64,000 nucleotides of DNA from Candidatus Ruthenibacterium merdavium (GTDB taxonomy: Bacteria; Bacillota; Clostridia; Oscillospirales; Ruminococcaceae): the NCBI GenBank assembly GCA_019119935.1, contig DWWA01000018.1, positions 2,771-66,770 of the forward strand, in the 5' to 3' direction. Below are positions 38,401 through 47,871 of the stretch, one piece after another; the first letter of the stretch is position 1; the number at the start of each line of letters is the position of its first letter. The translations under genes and the position numbers were made by a program. The notes under the pieces are model-generated. The model was not told where the DNA came from, did no database searches, and saw only the letters and a program-made list of their open reading frames with translations.

Positions 38401-38891
38401 CGCGCTTTGCCGTACAGCGACGCAAACGCCGCAAAATCTGCATCCTCATACATTTCTTCCATGGTCTGCGCCAGCGCGGACTGACGCAGCGAATGGCTGA
38501 GCGCATCTTCCGCCAATGTAAAATCCGGCGGCAAATCCAGCTGCGCAAAATAGCGTTTTAACAGCTGCATGCAAAAAGCGTCAATGGTGCCAATATCCGC
38601 ACGCCCCAAAAGCAGCTTTTGACGGCGCAGCCACGCGTCACCGGGCCGCTTTGCCATTTCCTCGGTCAATCGCACGGCAATGCGGGCGCGAAGCTCCTGC
38701 GCCGCTGCGCGTGTAAACGTGACAATCAGCAGACGGTCTGCCGAAACGGGCGCGCTTTCATCGCAAATCAGCTGCACCGCACGTTCGACCAGCACCGCCG
38801 TTTTTCCGCTGCCCGCCGCCGCGCTTACGAGCAGCGTGCCGCCGCGGTCTTCGATGGCCGCGCGCTGGGCTGGGGTCCATCCCATTGCCAT
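35415..38891 (-). CDS. addA: ATP-dependent helicase/nuclease subunit A
   Basis: VSAAAGSGKT, VDEYQDTN, VGDVKQSIYRFR, TIHRSKGLEF, YVALTRA, RecB nuclease G.AD..VDYKT; TAATG overlap with addB. Confidence 0.96.
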   Translation of the reverse strand: MAMGWTPAQRAAIEDRGGTLLVSAAAGSGKTAVLVERAVQLICDESAPVSADRLLIVTFTRAAAQELRARIAVRLTEEMAKRPGDAWLRRQKLLLGRADIGTIDAFCMQLLKRYFAQLDLPPDFTLAEDALSHSLRQSALAQTMEEMYEDADFAAFASLYGKARTDDFAASSVLAFYDFLRTLPSPHAAMEKFCRQYESDEPLGSTLWGKTLLSHAANAVDSAMAILKNAAALCREDEVLTKSYLPALEDDMAFVIALKALIDQGRWDSASVQAQSYKAASLRAAKGADEGIKEAVQTLRKEVKGILSGLQEGVFFCTEEEFCADRARIAPLLRALARAVKRFEALFYQAKMEEKALEYSDFEHLALRLLCDENGGKTAIARQVATRYDAVMVDEYQDTNTIQAQLYRCLANEDESNLFFVGDVKQSIYRFRMADPRSFLQKKDTFAPYQPNGAHPMTITLANNFRSAENVIGAINDVFRTIMSRAVGGVAYEGDEALHAGIRDGYDGGPMEVLLAEDGDGDESGDAQMIARRIVHMVREGFLVREKGGTTRPCNFGDFCILLRTRSHFTAYETAMALCGVPACADAGEDPISSTEAAPLLCLLRVIDNPAKDVALAGAMLSPMFGFLPDDLAALRLSCPDTSLYGALLQSEDEKMQRFAALLHTLRRLAATEPVDILCEEILARTHYFAAVGAMENGTARRENLRAFTAFARTAGENGLAAFLRMVDHVLESGAPVASAPPVLAQGSVSIMTIHRSKGLEFPVVFLAQCERKFYMRDAYDPVVFHAELGVGLNLREEGGLFSTVPQRAVCLLQKQETISEEMRILYVALTRARDKLFVSAAVKSPESYLSKLALRLEGQGGAVPYLTQNASCFADWLCMAALLHPDAHSLRKCAGAAGLPLIAAEGSITASFSESQDGQEALPVQELQSRAEPDKELYETLMRSFAAKYPDEALASLPVKLSVSELTHGGYAEQLQRPAFLQKEKMTAAERGTAMHAVLQFASFEHAREDLNAELERLREGGWLTEHTVRHADRGALEAFLHSAVCKRMCSAKKLLREYAFFTAVPAKYVQADLDERFAMRPVAVQGIADAVLVFDDGVEIVDYKTDHVRDGEILREKYRRQLLLYRAALEKKLSLPVKKCTIYSLHLSKEIDVPIA

Positions 38892-41800
38892 TATTCACTC
38901 CCCCTTTCCGTTTCGTTCTTTTCTTCTTCGGTCGGTTCAAACACATTCTTCGGCGCGCCGGCTTCCCGCTCGTTTCTGCCGTCCTCATGGCGGCACACAC
39001 AGCGGTAGTCGCAATACTCACACGGCAGCTTGCCGCCGCTTTTCATCGGCATTGCGTCAATTTCGCCCCGGTACAGCGCCCCGGCCATTTCTATCACCAG
39101 CGCATTGATATGCTGTTCAATTTTCCCGAGCTTTTCCAGCGTGGCAAGCTTTTGCCCTGCGCGGGCGCGCCCGTCTTTGCCAAAGCTGCACGGCACAAAC
39201 AGGCCGCTTGCTTCTTTGTCCATGCCGCGAAGCACCACTTCATCGTTCAGCACTAGGCCGTCCACTTCATACACGGGCGCTTTCGCCGCTTCGGCGCGCG
39301 TCGTTTGGCGCGGGGCAGGGTCGCCCGAAAGATATAAAACACCCGCCGCCACCGGATTGTGCAGGCCGAGCGGCTCACCATGGCACAGCGTAAATAAATA
39401 AAACAGCATTTGTGTGTTCAGCCCGCAATAAACGTCCTCCAGGCTGAATTTTTTTGTGCCCGTTTTGTAGTCTACCACGCGCACATAGTCGCGCCCTTCG
39501 CGGTGCATGACATCCACACGGTCAATTTGCCCCACCACAGAAATTTCCACGCCGTCGGGCGTTTTCAGCGTCAGCGGTTGGATGCCGTCCGGGCCGCCGA
39601 TGCTTTGTTCCATGGCGACGGGGTGAAAGGCGCTTTGCCGCTGTTCTTCCTGCAAATAAGACAGCAAGCGCAGCACCGCGCGCTCCAGCCGTTGAATCAA
39701 GTAGGCAAAGCGGCGGGATGCATCGGGCATATTTTCCTCTACATAGCGAAGCACAAGAGCTTTTGTCGCTTCCTTTAACTCCTGTTCGGACAGCCCGGCA
39801 AAGCCTTCGCCGTACTGCTTGAAAACCTGCTCTAAGACATAGTGAATCAGCGTGCCGCTTGCCAGCGGGGAAAGCTCGGCACGGCGGCGCGGGCGAATTT
39901 TAAGCACATATTGCAGAAAATAAGCAAAGCGGCAACGGTAATACTGCTCTACACGAGTCGGGGAAAGGCGCAGACTTCGCCCCAGCATCCGACGCATCAG
40001 CGCAGCATCTTTCACGGCAAACGCGCTTTCCTGCGCCGCCGTGTCCATCGCTTTTAAAGCTTCCTGCATGGTTTCGCTGTCTGCCAGCGCTTTGCGCAGA
40101 GCCGCTGTCCGGGGTGTGTCCTCGCGGTAGCACATACCGTATAAATCCAGTGCCGCCGCGGGGGTCATCGCCTTTTGCGCCGTGGTGAGCGCGTCTGTAT
40201 CCGGCATCAGTGCGCGCACCAGCGGCTCCAGCGCCGACGTCATGGGAACGCCGCCGCTTTCCGGGGAAAGACAGCTTAAATAGAGCCGCTCCGAGGGAGC
40301 CGTCAACGCGCGGTAAAAAAACATTTTTTCCAGCAAAGTGCGGTTTTCATAAGCGCCGGGCATCTGCACACCGCTTTGCACCAGCAGTTCGCGGTCGGCG
40401 TGGGTTAAAAGGCCGCTTGCCCCCACGGTTTTGGGAAATGCCCCTTCGTTCAGCCCCAGCACAAAACACACCTTGGGGCTGTTTAAGCGCATTCTGTCCG
40501 CCGTTGTGAACATGACGGCGTCCTGCGTTTCGGGCACTTGTCCAATATCCGTACTGCGCAGCAAAAGCGCGAACAAATCTTCGTATTCAGCGGGGGTAAT
40601 GTCATCGTCGCCCAAAAGGTCCTCCATTTGGTCAAGCAAGCCAATGACTAAATTCCACGCCCGCACGGCACTGTGCGCTCTCAGCACATCGCCCTCCTGC
40701 TCCAGTTCCTGCGCGAGCGCCCCGACAATTTCCGGCGCACCGAACGCTTCCAACAGCAAGTACAGCCCGCGCGAAATGCCGCTGGCACCCGCGCGCTTTG
40801 ATGTTTGCAAAAAGGTTTCAAGCGGGCGCAGAATCGTTTGCCGCATTTCTTCCAGCCGTTCCAGTGCCGCGCGGCTGTCGTCGTCCCACTGTGCCCCAAA
40901 GCCGTCGGGATGATTCACAAAAGGCTCTTTCCAATCGGAAGCTTTCAGCTGCCAGACATAGGCATATTCCTCTAAATCTGCCGTCTGCTCCGGCGTAAAG
41001 CCGCACAAATCGCTTTTCAGCAAACGCAAAATACGCTCGCTGGAAAGCCCGCCCGATAAAATAGAAAGGGCGCTGAGCAAAAAGGAGGCTGCCGCCGTGT
41101 GCTCCATCGTGATGGGAGCGTCCGTAAAATAGGGAATTTCGGCCAGCGCAAACTCATAGGCGGCCGCCGCTTCATACAGCGGCATCTCACGGCAAATGAC
41201 CGCGATATCTCGGTAGGAATAGCCTTCTTCCCGCACCAAAACGGCAATCCGCGCTGCCGTTTGCTTGCACTCGTCATATACGCCCTGCGCCGGGGTGAAA
41301 AAGACGTTTCCTTTTTGCCCTTCATAGCTTTCCTCTTCTTCGCCATCCAGCGCCAAAAGCTGTGCGGCAGCATGCAGCTCGGGCGCGGCTTCGTGGCGAA
41401 AATCACGCGTTAAATAAACGGGTGCGGCAACGCTGATTCCCTCGCCGGAAGCAAGGCGGCGCAGACGCTGTGCCGTTTGGCGCACCGCACTAAATAGGCC
41501 CATGCCCTCCTGCGTTTCGGTTAAGCTGTCACAGCACAGGCTCACTACACAGCGTTCGGCGTGCATCAGCCGACGCATCAGCTCATACTGCGGAGCGGTA
41601 AAGCCGTCGAAATTGTCTACAAACACCGCCACATTGGCGCACCAATCTTCCTCCAGCTTTTGTGCTGCCGTTGTCAGACGGTCGGCAGGGTCCATGGCGC
41701 TTTTGGCAATCACCTGCTCATAAGCGGCATACAAAAGCCCCAAGTCGCGCATTTTTTCGCGCTCTTCCTCCGGTGCTTGCGTAATCGCCAAAAGCGCCTC

Positions 41801-42199
41801 CGGCGTTGCCCCGGCAATTTTCAGCTCTTTGAGTGCGTCTGCCGCCAAGCGGCAAAAGCCCGTGCTTCGGCGGTGGCGGCGATAGGTTTTCACTTCGTCG
41901 CCAAGGCTTTCCAGCGCACGGCGCACAGCAACCACGCGCGCCGCATCCGTCAAAGTGCGCACGCTCACGCCGCCAAACTCGCGCAAAAGCTGCTCTGCCA
42001 GCGAGGTAAAGCTGTACACCTCACAGTAAGCGCCCGCCGCATCGCCCAAAGCCTGATACACCATCCATTCCGCCGAGGAGGAAAACTGTTCAGGCACCAG
42101 CAAAATACTGCGCTCTGAGCGCAGTGCACGCTCTTTCACCTGCTCTAATATCAGCGCGGTTTTTCCCGTTCCCGACAGGCCGATGATCCATTCCAGCAT
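38891..42199 (-). CDS. addB: ATP-dependent helicase/nuclease subunit B
   Basis: GLSGTGKT, LVPEQFS, nuclease GQIDRVD..VVDYKTG, Fe-S cysteines (YYRC ... CEYCDYRCVC). Confidence 0.95.
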   Translation of the reverse strand: MLEWIIGLSGTGKTALILEQVKERALRSERSILLVPEQFSSSAEWMVYQALGDAAGAYCEVYSFTSLAEQLLREFGGVSVRTLTDAARVVAVRRALESLGDEVKTYRRHRRSTGFCRLAADALKELKIAGATPEALLAITQAPEEEREKMRDLGLLYAAYEQVIAKSAMDPADRLTTAAQKLEEDWCANVAVFVDNFDGFTAPQYELMRRLMHAERCVVSLCCDSLTETQEGMGLFSAVRQTAQRLRRLASGEGISVAAPVYLTRDFRHEAAPELHAAAQLLALDGEEEESYEGQKGNVFFTPAQGVYDECKQTAARIAVLVREEGYSYRDIAVICREMPLYEAAAAYEFALAEIPYFTDAPITMEHTAAASFLLSALSILSGGLSSERILRLLKSDLCGFTPEQTADLEEYAYVWQLKASDWKEPFVNHPDGFGAQWDDDSRAALERLEEMRQTILRPLETFLQTSKRAGASGISRGLYLLLEAFGAPEIVGALAQELEQEGDVLRAHSAVRAWNLVIGLLDQMEDLLGDDDITPAEYEDLFALLLRSTDIGQVPETQDAVMFTTADRMRLNSPKVCFVLGLNEGAFPKTVGASGLLTHADRELLVQSGVQMPGAYENRTLLEKMFFYRALTAPSERLYLSCLSPESGGVPMTSALEPLVRALMPDTDALTTAQKAMTPAAALDLYGMCYREDTPRTAALRKALADSETMQEALKAMDTAAQESAFAVKDAALMRRMLGRSLRLSPTRVEQYYRCRFAYFLQYVLKIRPRRRAELSPLASGTLIHYVLEQVFKQYGEGFAGLSEQELKEATKALVLRYVEENMPDASRRFAYLIQRLERAVLRLLSYLQEEQRQSAFHPVAMEQSIGGPDGIQPLTLKTPDGVEISVVGQIDRVDVMHREGRDYVRVVDYKTGTKKFSLEDVYCGLNTQMLFYLFTLCHGEPLGLHNPVAAGVLYLSGDPAPRQTTRAEAAKAPVYEVDGLVLNDEVVLRGMDKEASGLFVPCSFGKDGRARAGQKLATLEKLGKIEQHINALVIEMAGALYRGEIDAMPMKSGGKLPCEYCDYRCVCRHEDGRNEREAGAPKNVFEPTEEEKNETERGSE

Positions 42200-42203
42200 T
42201 TTG

Positions 42204-42692
42204 TCACTCCCTTAGCGTCAAGCGCATTTCATACCAGCAGACGCCGCCGTGCTGAGAGCCGGACACCCCTTCGCAGACAAAGCCGAATTGCTCATAAAAG
42301 CCAATCAGCGCCTCTTTGCACGTCAGCACTACGCCGCTTCGTTTCTCCTGCTTTGCGCGGTCAATCAAGTGGCGCATCAGCATGGAGGCATACCCCTTGT
42401 GCTGATACCCCGGCACAACGTCCAGGCCAAACACCATTTGCCAAGCGCCGTTTTCGTTGTGCAAGGCTGCGTTTTCATACATTTCATCTTCTAAATGGGG
42501 CGTATCCGTCACCATGCCGTTGATAAACCCTACGGGTGTTTCGCCGTCCCACAGCATCCAAAAATGGTCGGAAAACGCCGCGATTCGTTCGGCAATCGCC
42601 TTTGGGGAAGCCGCTTCTGCCGCCGGAAAACACACACTTTCCACCTGTGCGGCATACGCAGCATCCTGCGGCTGCGCCTTTCTGATTTCCAT
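42204..42692 (-). CDS. GNAT family N-acetyltransferase (arylalkylamine/polyamine acetyltransferase-like)
   Basis: ESVCFPAAEAA, LDVVPGYQHKGYA, LIGFYEQFGF. Confidence 0.85.
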   Translation of the reverse strand: MEIRKAQPQDAAYAAQVESVCFPAAEAASPKAIAERIAAFSDHFWMLWDGETPVGFINGMVTDTPHLEDEMYENAALHNENGAWQMVFGLDVVPGYQHKGYASMLMRHLIDRAKQEKRSGVVLTCKEALIGFYEQFGFVCEGVSGSQHGGVCWYEMRLTLRE

Positions 42693-42738
42693 GTTTCATT
42701 CCTCCCGCTTTCTACGTTTTGACTGTGATAAAACAGCA

Positions 42739-42766
42739 AAAAGGGGAATTGCTTCCCCTTTTTTTG
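42739..42766 (-). terminator. Terminator after cysS
   Basis: AAAAGGGGAA-ttgc-TTCCCCTTTTTTT. Confidence 0.75.
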
Positions 42767-42798
42767 CTTCTTTGCGCACTTTGACGCAGATTGATTGT

Positions 42799-44196
42799 TT
42801 ATTTTGCACGGCTGACCTTCGGGCCTTTGGGCGTATCCTCCACCACAAAGCCTTTTTCCGTCAGTTCGGCGCGGATTTCGTCGGCGCGCGCCCAGTTTTT
42901 CTCTTTTTTGGCCTGTGCGCGCTCTTCCACGAGCGCCATGATCTCGGCGGGAATTTCGTCTTTTTTGCGCTGATACACAATGCCCAGTACACCCGTCAGC
43001 TCGTCAAAAGTTTTTGCGGCTTCCTGCAAAGCCTCGGGAGAAGCGTCGGCGGAAAGCGTATTGATTTCACGCACAAAGTCAAACACCGCCGCAAGCGCCG
43101 CCGGGGTGTTGAGGTCGTCATCCATCGCCTGGCAGAATTTCTGCCGCGCCGCGGCCGCCTTTTCTTTCAGTGTTTCGTCACTGCCCTGCGCGTTTTCCAG
43201 CACAAAGTCAAGATTATCACGGCAGGTATAAAGACGCTCCAAGCTTTTTTGGCAGTCCTCCAGCAGCTCCTGCGTATAGTTCAGCGGGCTGCGATACTGC
43301 GCGGAAAGCATAAAGTATCGAATGGGCTCATAACCGTACACCTGCGCCAGCTCGCGCACGGTGAAAAAGTTGCCCGCACTTTTCGACATTTTGTGATTGT
43401 CAATGTTCAAAAATCCGTTGTGCATCCAGTAACGGGCAAAGGTGCAGCCGTTGGCGCACTCCGACTGTGCAATCTCATTTTCGTGATGCGGGAAAATCAA
43501 ATCCTCGCCGCCCGCGTGAATGTCAATCGTTTCGCCGAGGTGCGTGCGCGCCATCGCGCTGCATTCAATGTGCCAGCCCGGACGGCCTTTTCCATAGGGG
43601 CTGTCCCAGTAGGGCTCGCCCTCTTTGGCGGCTTTCCACACGGCAAAGTCGGCTTCATCCTCTTTCAAATCCTGTGCCATTTGATGGCGCAATTCGCGGT
43701 TGCCGGACTCAAGCTCCTCCAAATTCAAATGGCTCAGCTTGCCGTAATTTTTGTCGGCTTTCACACGGAAATAAACGTCGCCGTTTTTCGCCACATAGCC
43801 ATAGCCCTTGTCCAAAATATCTTTGACGATGGACAAAATCTGCTCAATGTGCTCCGTTGCACGCGGGCGCACGGTGGGCGCAAGCACGTTGAGCCCTTCG
43901 CAGTCGGTAATGTACTCCGCTTCATATTTGCGGGCGATGTCCTGCATGGACACGCCTTCCTCAGCGGCGCGCTTGATCAGCTTGTCATCAATATCGGTGA
44001 TATTGGAAACGAATTTCACTTCGTTTCCGGTGTACGTCAAATAACGGCGCAGCGTGTCAAAAACAATCACAGGACGCGCATTGCCGATGTGAATCAAGTT
44101 GTACACCGTCGGGCCGCAGACATAAATGCGGTACTCGCCTTCATGCAGCGGTGTCAGCTCTTCTTTTTGACGTGTCATGGTGTTGAAAATTTTCAT
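42799..44196 (-). CDS. cysS: Cysteine--tRNA ligase
   Basis: CGPTVY..IHIGNAR, GRPGWHIECSAM, DLIFPHHENE, KMSKS. Confidence 0.98.
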   Translation of the reverse strand: MKIFNTMTRQKEELTPLHEGEYRIYVCGPTVYNLIHIGNARPVIVFDTLRRYLTYTGNEVKFVSNITDIDDKLIKRAAEEGVSMQDIARKYEAEYITDCEGLNVLAPTVRPRATEHIEQILSIVKDILDKGYGYVAKNGDVYFRVKADKNYGKLSHLNLEELESGNRELRHQMAQDLKEDEADFAVWKAAKEGEPYWDSPYGKGRPGWHIECSAMARTHLGETIDIHAGGEDLIFPHHENEIAQSECANGCTFARYWMHNGFLNIDNHKMSKSAGNFFTVRELAQVYGYEPIRYFMLSAQYRSPLNYTQELLEDCQKSLERLYTCRDNLDFVLENAQGSDETLKEKAAAARQKFCQAMDDDLNTPAALAAVFDFVREINTLSADASPEALQEAAKTFDELTGVLGIVYQRKKDEIPAEIMALVEERAQAKKEKNWARADEIRAELTEKGFVVEDTPKGPKVSRAK

Positions 44197-44264
44197 AAAA
44201 AGCCCCTTCCTTGGCGTGACTTCTTTGTCTATGACATATCGGCGGGAAAAACCGCCTTACTCTT

Positions 44265-45533
44265 TCATTCAACCTCCAGCATCCGCTGTGCGCCCAAAAG
44301 CACACCCGCGCGCGCTGCGTGGAAGTTGATGCCGCCCTGCATGTAAACCATATACGGCTCACGCATCGGGCCGTCGGCGGAAAGCTCAATGCTGCTGCCC
44401 AGCGTAAATGCGCCCGCCGCCATAATGACGGGGTCATCATAGCCGGGCATATCGCCCGGTTCAGGCGCGGCAAAGCTGTCCACCGGGCTTCCAGCCTGCA
44501 CGCCGGTACACAGCGCCACCATCTTTTTCGGGTTCTGTGTGGCCACGCTAGTGATAATATCGTTGCGGTCGGCCAAATAATTCGGCGTGGCCGCATAGCC
44601 CATCTGCTCCATCAAGCAAGAGGCATAGACGCTTGTTTTCAGCGCTTCGCACACCACGCCCGGCGCATAGTAAAGCCCCAAAAACAGCTCGCGCAGAACA
44701 TTCAGCGTACAGCCGATTTCCCCGCCGACGCCCGGCGCGGTCAAACGATGGGCACAAAGCTCCACCAAATCGGCACGGCCGCAAATGTAACCGCCCGTGG
44801 GCGCAATGCCGCCGCCCGGGTTTTTAATCAGGCTGCCTGCCATCAGGTCAGCCCCCACCTGCACCGGCTCTTTCATCTGTGTAAACTCGCCGTAGCAGTT
44901 GTCTACCATCACGATAATTTCCGGGTTTGCGCGGCGCGCCGCCTGTGCGATGGCGGCAATTTCATCCAGCCCCAGTGCATCGCGGGAGGAATACCCGCGG
45001 CTGCGCTGAATATAACACATCTTTGCCCCGGCACAGCGGCGTTCAATTTCTTCTAAATCCGGCTTGCCGTCTTTCAGCGGTGCTTCATCGTACACAACGC
45101 CCCACTCTTTCAAGCTGCCGTAACCACTTTTTTCTCCAATGCCAATCACGCCTAAAAGCGTATCATAAGGCCGCCCCACCGCAGAAACCATGCGGTCGCC
45201 GGGGCGAAGCACGCCGAACAGCGCCACACAAAGCGTGTGCGTGCCGGACATAAAGCTTTGACGCATGAGTGCCGCCTCGGCCCCCATCACGCGGGCAAAT
45301 ACTTCCTCCAGCTTGTCGCGGCCGGGGTCGGTGTTGCCGTAGCCCGTCGAACCGACAAGGTGCTGGGCACCTACGCCGCAGTCGGTGAAAGCGCGCAGCA
45401 TTTTCAGCTGATTGTATTCCTTAATGCGTTCTAACCGCGCAAATGGCTCTGCGCACAGCTCCATGGCGCGCTTGTCCCATTCCTGCAATTCGGGCGAAAG
45501 AGAAAAAAATTGCTCGATCACGTTTGTTGTCAC
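44265..45533 (-). CDS. PLP-dependent YnbB/aluminium-resistance (methionine gamma-lyase-like) family protein
   Basis: STGYG..D.GRD.LE, SGTH, QRSRGY, VDNCYGEF, AGSLIKNPGGG, GSSIELSADG. Confidence 0.9.
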   Translation of the reverse strand: MTTNVIEQFFSLSPELQEWDKRAMELCAEPFARLERIKEYNQLKMLRAFTDCGVGAQHLVGSTGYGNTDPGRDKLEEVFARVMGAEAALMRQSFMSGTHTLCVALFGVLRPGDRMVSAVGRPYDTLLGVIGIGEKSGYGSLKEWGVVYDEAPLKDGKPDLEEIERRCAGAKMCYIQRSRGYSSRDALGLDEIAAIAQAARRANPEIIVMVDNCYGEFTQMKEPVQVGADLMAGSLIKNPGGGIAPTGGYICGRADLVELCAHRLTAPGVGGEIGCTLNVLRELFLGLYYAPGVVCEALKTSVYASCLMEQMGYAATPNYLADRNDIITSVATQNPKKMVALCTGVQAGSPVDSFAAPEPGDMPGYDDPVIMAAGAFTLGSSIELSADGPMREPYMVYMQGGINFHAARAGVLLGAQRMLEVE

Positions 45534-45554
45534 TCCGTTTTCCGGGCGCAGCGC

Positions 45555-46265
45555 TTATGTGCGCCCCATTTCAAATTCCCACAGCTCTTCATGCTGTTCA
45601 AAGCCGAGCCGTTCATAAAACGCCGCCAGCGGCGGCTTGCAAATCAAATAAATTTCACGCGGCGAAAGCGCCGTGCAAAGCGCCATTACAAGGGCCGACG
45701 CATAACCGCGGCAGCGCTGGGCTTCTCGTGTTGCCACGCCGCTGAGATATGCGCCGCTTTCCGTTATGGCATACGCGCCCGCCGTCGCATAGGCAGTGCC
45801 GTCACGCTCACAGGTGTAAATCAGCGCCGCGCCGCGGTTCACCCGGCGGCATACGTCGGCATAATACGCCTGCGGGTCTGCGTTTAACAGACCGCTTTGG
45901 CTCAGCCGCCAAAGGCTGGGTTCTGTGCAGATTTCTTTGGGCAATAAAGGCTTCTCGCCCGTACCCTTCCAGCGCATGGAAAGACGCTTTTGCGCCCCTT
46001 GCATGGGTTTTGCGCCTAACAGCGTCAGTGCCCCGCTCATGCGCAGAAACATGTGAATTTCTGCTAAATCCGAAACCTCTCCGCACAGCAGCGCACCCGC
46101 GCCGTGCACCATCAGCACCGCCGCATCGTCCACAGCGTAAAACGCGCAGTCGGGCGCATGGCCGCCGTAGCACTCCCACGCGGCCGTCAAGCGCACGGGC
46201 AAACACCCCGCCGCTTTGCTCCACTGTTCCAGCAGCGGCTCATATTCTGTAATGCGCCGAATCAA
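45555..46265 (-). CDS. GNAT family N-acetyltransferase (C-terminal GNAT domain)
   Basis: LSGVATREAQRCRGYAS, FYERLGF; TTG start overlaps the murD stop. Confidence 0.78.
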   Translation of the reverse strand: MIRRITEYEPLLEQWSKAAGCLPVRLTAAWECYGGHAPDCAFYAVDDAAVLMVHGAGALLCGEVSDLAEIHMFLRMSGALTLLGAKPMQGAQKRLSMRWKGTGEKPLLPKEICTEPSLWRLSQSGLLNADPQAYYADVCRRVNRGAALIYTCERDGTAYATAGAYAITESGAYLSGVATREAQRCRGYASALVMALCTALSPREIYLICKPPLAAFYERLGFEQHEELWEFEMGRT

Positions 46266-47656
46266 AGGCGCTTTACCAAGTCTTTATAGTGACGGCCGCG
46301 CGCTTCAAAGTTCGGGTAGCTGTCAAAGCTGGCACATGCGGGCGACAGCGACACAATGTCGCCGGGCTTTGCCGTTTCATAAGCAAGGCGCACCGCCTGT
46401 TCCATATCGTCAGCACGCAGAATTTGCAGCCCGGAGGAGGCAAAATCCGGATGCTCGCGCACGGCATCCTCAATTTTCTGTGCCGTTGCACCTGTCAAAA
46501 TCAACACTTTGACATGTTTCAACAATTCCGGCGCAAGCGGTGCAAAACTAATGCCCTTATCCGAGCCGCCCGCAATGATAATCATTTTTTGGTCAAAGGC
46601 ACGCAGGCCCGCAATGACGCGCGTCGGGCTGGTGGCGATGGAATCGTTAAACCACTGCACCCCGTTCAGTGTGCGCACCGGCTCAATACGGTGTTCTACG
46701 CCTTGGAAGGTGCTTGCCACAGCGTGGATGTCGGCAACGTTCACCTCATCCCACACAGCAGCGGCAGCAGCCAGCACATTTTCCAAATTGTGCTCACCGC
46801 GCAAAGCCACCTCGCTTTTGTGCAAAATGGGTGTGACTGCGCCATCCTTCGCCATGCACAGCATGCCGTCCGCGCGCAAAAACGCCCCGTTTTCCACCTC
46901 AGAAAAGCGGGTAAACCAGCAATAGCTGCCTTTCACATCCTGCGCCATCGCGCGGGTAACTTCGTTTTCATAACCCAAAACGGCTTTGTCCTGCGCCGTT
47001 TGGTAGAGGAGAATATTGCGTTTTGCGTCGATATATTCCTGCATATCCTTGTGGTGGTCGAGGTGATTCGGCGTGACATTCGTCACCACGGCAATCTGCG
47101 GGGACGTTCTCATGCTGATGAGCTGGAAGCTCGAAAGCTCCACCACGGCAATGTCATCCTCGGCAATGGTGTCCACCACCGGCAGCAGCGCACGGCCAAG
47201 GTTTCCGCCCAAGTGTACGGTTCGCCCTGCATGTTTCAGCATTTCGGCAATGAGCGTCGTGGTGGTCGTTTTGCCGTCGGAGCCCGTCACAGCCACTTTG
47301 CGGCACGGGCACAGCTCAAAAAACAGCTCCATTTCGCTCGTCACTTGTGCGCCCTGTGCCTTCGCTTCTTGAAGTGCCGGGGTGAAGTATTCAAACCCCG
47401 GCGTGCGCATAATCATGTCCTGCCCCCGCAGACCGTCTAAATAGTTTTCGCCCAAAGAGAGCGTTACGTCCAACTCTTTCAGCGTTTCGCCGTAAGGCCC
47501 GAATGCCGCTAAGTCCGGCTTTTTGTCGCACAGTGTAACAACTGCACCCTTTTTACAGAAAATCTCAATACATTCACGATGGCTTACGCCCGCGCCGATA
47601 AACGCAACGCGCTTGCCTTTTAAGCCTTCATAAAACGATGTCGTTTTTTCACTCAT
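46262..47656 (-). CDS. murD: UDP-N-acetylmuramoyl-L-alanine--D-glutamate ligase
   Basis: VTGSDGKTTTT, ELSSFQL, NVTPNHLD, HRIE, NDSIAT, LSPACASFD; start ATG 47656. Confidence 0.96.
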   Translation of the reverse strand: MSEKTTSFYEGLKGKRVAFIGAGVSHRECIEIFCKKGAVVTLCDKKPDLAAFGPYGETLKELDVTLSLGENYLDGLRGQDMIMRTPGFEYFTPALQEAKAQGAQVTSEMELFFELCPCRKVAVTGSDGKTTTTTLIAEMLKHAGRTVHLGGNLGRALLPVVDTIAEDDIAVVELSSFQLISMRTSPQIAVVTNVTPNHLDHHKDMQEYIDAKRNILLYQTAQDKAVLGYENEVTRAMAQDVKGSYCWFTRFSEVENGAFLRADGMLCMAKDGAVTPILHKSEVALRGEHNLENVLAAAAAVWDEVNVADIHAVASTFQGVEHRIEPVRTLNGVQWFNDSIATSPTRVIAGLRAFDQKMIIIAGGSDKGISFAPLAPELLKHVKVLILTGATAQKIEDAVREHPDFASSGLQILRADDMEQAVRLAYETAKPGDIVSLSPACASFDSYPNFEARGRHYKDLVKRL

Positions 47657-47777
47657 ACAAAAAATCCCTCTTTTATCGCATTGCAAAGCTTTTAATAGTA
47701 TAGCATACTCCGTTTTGTTTTAAAAGGTGAAAACGCCTTTGAAACGGAAAAAAACGCAAAAAACCTCATTTCTACGC

Positions 47778-47806
47778 TTGCCACGGCAAAGGCGGCATGT
47801 TACAAT
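47778..47806 (+). promoter_or_regulatory. Sigma-A promoter for the glutamine synthetase gene
   Basis: TTGCCA-17 bp-TACAAT with TG extension. Confidence 0.65.
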
Positions 47807-47871
47807 AAAACCTGCAAAAGAACGCAATCCGCACATAATTTGTGTATCACAATTTTTGGGAGGGCAACAAC

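Noticed and set aside
42457-44346. 629-aa plus-strand ORF
   Set aside because: Antisense to cysS and its neighbours; no RBS or domain signal
46289-47440. 383-aa plus-strand ORF
   Set aside because: Antisense shadow of murD
47784-47835. GlnR/TnrA box or ANTAR twin-hairpin upstream of GSIII
   Set aside because: Only one TGTTACA half-site without a correctly spaced partner; the GCAAAG-like words do not form the required stems
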